From Botryllus schlosseri (lineage: Eukaryota), in assembly GCA_051294905.1 (NCBI GenBank), contig CM119372.1, positions 682,001-746,000 of the forward strand: a stretch of 64,000 bases of DNA, in the 5' to 3' direction. A program made the position numbers and the translations under genes. The notes beneath the pieces were generated by a model that did not search any database, was not told the origin of the DNA, and was given only the letters and a program-made list of their open reading frames with translations. Below, piece by piece: positions 51,757 through 64,000 of this stretch; the first letter of the stretch is position 1; every line of letters starts with the position of its first letter.

Positions 51757-51915
51757 AGCTACGATCATTCAATTTTATAGCCCTGCACGGAAAAGTGACT
51801 CCAAATTTTTCAGCTACGATAATTAAGTTTCATAGCCCTGCGCAAGAAGGCTACTACAAATTTCAGCTACAATCCAATTTCAGCCTTGCACAGAAAGGTT
51901 ACTCCAAATTTTTCA
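51757..51915. repeat. Degenerate ~52-bp tandem repeat, ~3 copies
   Basis: agctac...agccctgcac...actccaaatttt recurs three times. Confidence 0.7.
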
Positions 51916-52899
51916 ACCGCTGGTCTGCTGATTTGCTCAGTCTGCAAGCGTTCTGGATATTCTAAAGCTATGGTCCATTTCACATGTCTTCATCAGGGAA
52001 AAGAAAAGACAATTTGATCTCGAAGCTTCACACCCTCACAATTGCAGGCCCACTTCGTAATCCGATCTCAACGTACAAAATAAATGCTGAAGCAGCACTC
52101 TCTACTGGCAATGCTGTCGGCTATACCAATAATGAAGCGCGACAACCCATTACTTTTGCATCACAGTCATTTGGACTGAGCGAACAGCTCAAGCAACATC
52201 AACGCAAGTCGCAACTGTCGATCTGTGGCAAGTCCGAGACTGTGCTATGATCAACATAGAAAAATTTGGATTCGAATAAAATAGTATTTACGTGAGTAAC
52301 TCTTCAATTATTTATTATAAAATCATGAAATTAGAAATTTTAGGACTGCAATAACTTCGCTTTTAGTGGTCGGATTTGAGCCGAAGTTGGTGTGCTGCAT
52401 TTTTTTAACCGCCGCAACAATTTTATCAAGTATCCCGTCAAACCTGAAGGAAAAGTTTTTTTCAACAGCCCTACTGGGCACAATTGATTAGAGTATTCAA
52501 AATCTGAATCGAGCATCAATTCTAATGGCATATCTACGAAGTTGTTATCAATACAAAGCATTGCCTCAATTTTTAATGTGATGTAGAAAACGCGTTATGT
52601 TTGCATTACGGGGACAAATTTGAACTTTCCACATTATTCAAACCATTATAACATCATGGAAAGAAAAATTTCAAGTCGAGTATATGTACGGGCTTGGCTT
52701 ATTACAATCCTCTGTCATGTCGTAATTTCATTTCATATCACAGCCCAGAAATGCCACAGACTCCGATTGTCACGCCTCATTGTTCACACTTTTGCTGAGT
52801 CGATGGGGATCTCTGATCTCTCGAGATCGTCTCGTATCTGGCGGCTGCTCGAACCCTCAAGCCTGACGAGCCTTCATACTTACATCAAAATTTGAAAAA

Positions 52900-61537
<8,638 letters not shown>

Positions 61538-61793
61538 TATTCACCGAAATGTTAGTCCTACAAGCAACATATTCATACCGTTGACATTTTGACTCTGCTT
61601 GTTCACGCGTTGATTCTGAATTCTGGGCTGATGAATGATCTAACTGACAAATATATTCGGCTGCTAGAGTAAGTTAGTCGTCTGAATAGTACAGAAAATA
61701 AATCATACGATCATATGGACAGTCAAAGTCAAAAATGAATACTCTGCGAGTCGCTCTCCTCTGACAAAACGCCCCGATCTGGAACCAACTCAC

Positions 61794-61870
61794 AAAGCAA
61801 TCGCGACAAAAATCCGATGTCCAAAAGTCAGACACCCGTTAGCACGCTTGAGTCGCGGTCACGTGATTCA
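61794..61870 (-). promoter_or_regulatory. Probable non-coding first exon and core promoter of the hnRNP gene, with an E-box
   Basis: GTGAGT donor at ~61793, acceptor at ~61558 upstream of the ATG, and GTCACGTGA at 61858-61866. Confidence 0.4.
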
Positions 61871-62357
61871 GGAGAAAAAGGGCGCTTCCTTTCTTCAAAA
61901 ACGTGGAAGGTGGAGCCAACATTCATGCCTACAATCTAATAATACATAATACGCAGACAATCATACATTGCCTAAGGTAGAACATCCTTTGAGTCAACTT
62001 ATGAGATGCTTTACTCTATTGATGCTAATGGCGCTAAAGCAAATCTGGGAGTTCAAAAATAGTTTTCAGTAAAAGTGATATTCATCCGCTCTGCACGTAC
62101 TGCGCTTCGCCGATGCCGGCGATGCGTTTCGTCCACTGAGCTATATAAACTTTTCGTCTCCACAAAGCGCGAAATTTCGTAATTCGTACAGTTTTAGGAA
62201 GGTGAGTAGCAAACCCATATTTGTAATCTTGTGTTTAAACATACCACTATGTGCGCAAATGACGCTGGTTTTTAGAAGCAAAACCTAATTGATGAAATAA
62301 TTGAAAGATTTTATGAGACGGGTTACCATCGTTTATGGCAGTGGTGTTTCCCGAAGG

Positions 62358-62621
62358 GAGAGAGAGAGAGAGAGAGATGATATTCTTTCTCGCCTGCACC
62401 ATCGAGATGCTTTGGCGACGGAGTTGCGATACGGCCCCATGAGGTCATCTAGTCTGCGCCCCCGTTTTTTTCTCCTCCATGCTATCCGTGATTGCTGAGC
62501 GCCTAGCAGGATAGCCGCGGATACCATTTTTCGAGTCTTTGGTATGACCCGGCCGGGGATCGAACCCACGACCTACCGCTCGAGAAGCCGGACGCATAAC
62601 CATTACACTATCTCGCTCGGT
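62358..62621 (-). mobile_element. tRNA-derived SINE, family 2
   Basis: Near-identical reverse complement of 35868-36126. Flanking repeat tttcccgaagg/tttcccggagg. Confidence 0.9.
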
Positions 62622-63043
62622 TTTCCCGGAGGATCGTACCGTTTCCAAAGCGATCGTATCATTATAGAATGTAAACGTTTACATTCTATAGTATCATGTA
62701 CGTAATGTTTTCCGGGTTTCATGCATAACTACACAACTTCCAAAAATTGCTACTCGCACTTTCTTCATTCCATTGCAATCTTTGGTGGACGTGGATGGTG
62801 TCTTTAGAAACGATGAAATTTCTAAATTAAGGAATTATTTTTTATTTAGGCATCTTCAGGGCTCAGACCACGCACTGTTCTTACGGCGATATGACTTGAC
62901 CATAAATAAGTGTTCCCCGGTCTGCGCCCGTATAATTGGGTGGGCATGATAGAAATCGAATGAGAAAGACTGGCGGTGTCCGACTAAGTCAAATTTGCAT
63001 CCACCGACACTACAGTCACATCTGTGAGCGGGCTTGTCATCGG

Positions 63044-63471
63044 TAGGGTTGGGCACAATGATTCGAGTACTCGAATCTGAATCGAGCATTAATATTAATG
63101 ATTCGCGAGACGAGTAGTAATAGACGATTTTTTCGAGTACTGAAATTATACGCTCCTCGCAGCTGAAAGTTAATTTACTAACGAGAATTATAGTTTTCAT
63201 ACTATTTTCCACTGAGGAAGCCTTGAAACCTTGATTGGCAGTGTCTCAGCATACGAGACGCAGTACAAAAGCTACGAACGTTACCGGAAATACCACATTT
63301 CCGAAATCATTGTGAAGAAGTGCAATGAAACCGGTATGGTTGAAAAAATATATAACATGCAGGCATTACGTTCTTTGTGGTGGCATAAGGTACATATTTG
63401 AACTTTTACATTGCACATTATCTTGTGACGTCATGATGAGTCACTCAGGTACTCGATTTTGCCTAGCGCTA
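63044..63471. mobile_element. hAT-like MITE (TAGGGCTGGGCA family)
   Basis: Termini TAGGGTTGGGCA/TGCCTAGCGCTA and a perfect TSD gtcatcgg. Confidence 0.88.
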
Positions 63472-64000
63472 GTCATCGGTTGTTGTCATTAACAACCCTT
63501 TGTTACAGATCTAATGTGCTAATTGTTATAGTTGAAGAAAGAATACAGTGCCAGCGTGATAAACGCAAAATTATGGTGCCAAAACCAACATGAAGATGTG
63601 CCAAAATTCCAATACTTTTGCATTCAAATATGCCAAATGTCAATACTGGCACCGGCCGCTATTACCTACAAAACACGGCGGAATGTTCCGATACCGATTC
63701 CACTCCTTTTTTTCTCGGCAGCGACGCAATCTTCTCGCGCTGAAAAATACTCTCAAACTTTGCAATATAAACGCATTGGGAGCGTTAATTCTTCACTTGT
63801 GAACTAGAAAAGCACATAGCTACCAACAATTAAGTTTTTGGAACTACGTCGAAACGGCAAATGTTACGGACTCACTGTACTTATCTTATTAGGTTTATTT
63901 GAATTATTCCATGTCAGAAAAAGCGAGAAATATGGACAATTTTCTTCGCACTCATCCGGGATTTTCATTCGCACCATGCTATATGTCATTCGCCCTGATT

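Noticed and set aside
51965..52000. Minus-strand CTGATGA...GAAA motif resembling a hammerhead core
   Set aside because: There is no stem I beyond one pair and only one copy, so it is likely chance.

Overview
Eukaryotic (metazoan) genomic DNA. It is AT-rich, with many very short introns (~55-75 bp) and a dense load of MITE, SINE and LINE fragments. A tunicate or similar invertebrate chordate is my inference, not something the sequence proves. Hand-assembled genes: a small acidic protein (SMAP/C11orf58)-like gene (-) divergent from an intronless PSMC6/Rpt4 (+); a co-directional minus-strand trio of intronless MBTD1/L3MBTL2-like, intronless SLC25A26 (mitochondrial SAM carrier) and 13-exon mitochondrial SHMT2; an intronless METTL27-like methyltransferase (+); and an 18-20 coding-exon hnRNP A/B-family gene (-) with an atypical R/D/Y/P-rich tail and a clear M9/PY-NLS. 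The window opens with the 3' end of an EnSpm/CACTA transposon carrying a spliced accessory gene. The rest is mostly nested non-autonomous DNA transposons (many with verifiable 8-bp TSDs), two tRNA-derived SINE families and 3' ends of two CR1/L2-group LINE families. The best leads are: a possible trans-spliced operon linking two mitochondrial one-carbon genes; a candidate minimal hammerhead ribozyme in a dispersed repeat; a SINE/LINE pair sharing a 3' stem-loop; and the exon-duplicated hnRNP tail. All are hypotheses that need transcript data or searches.
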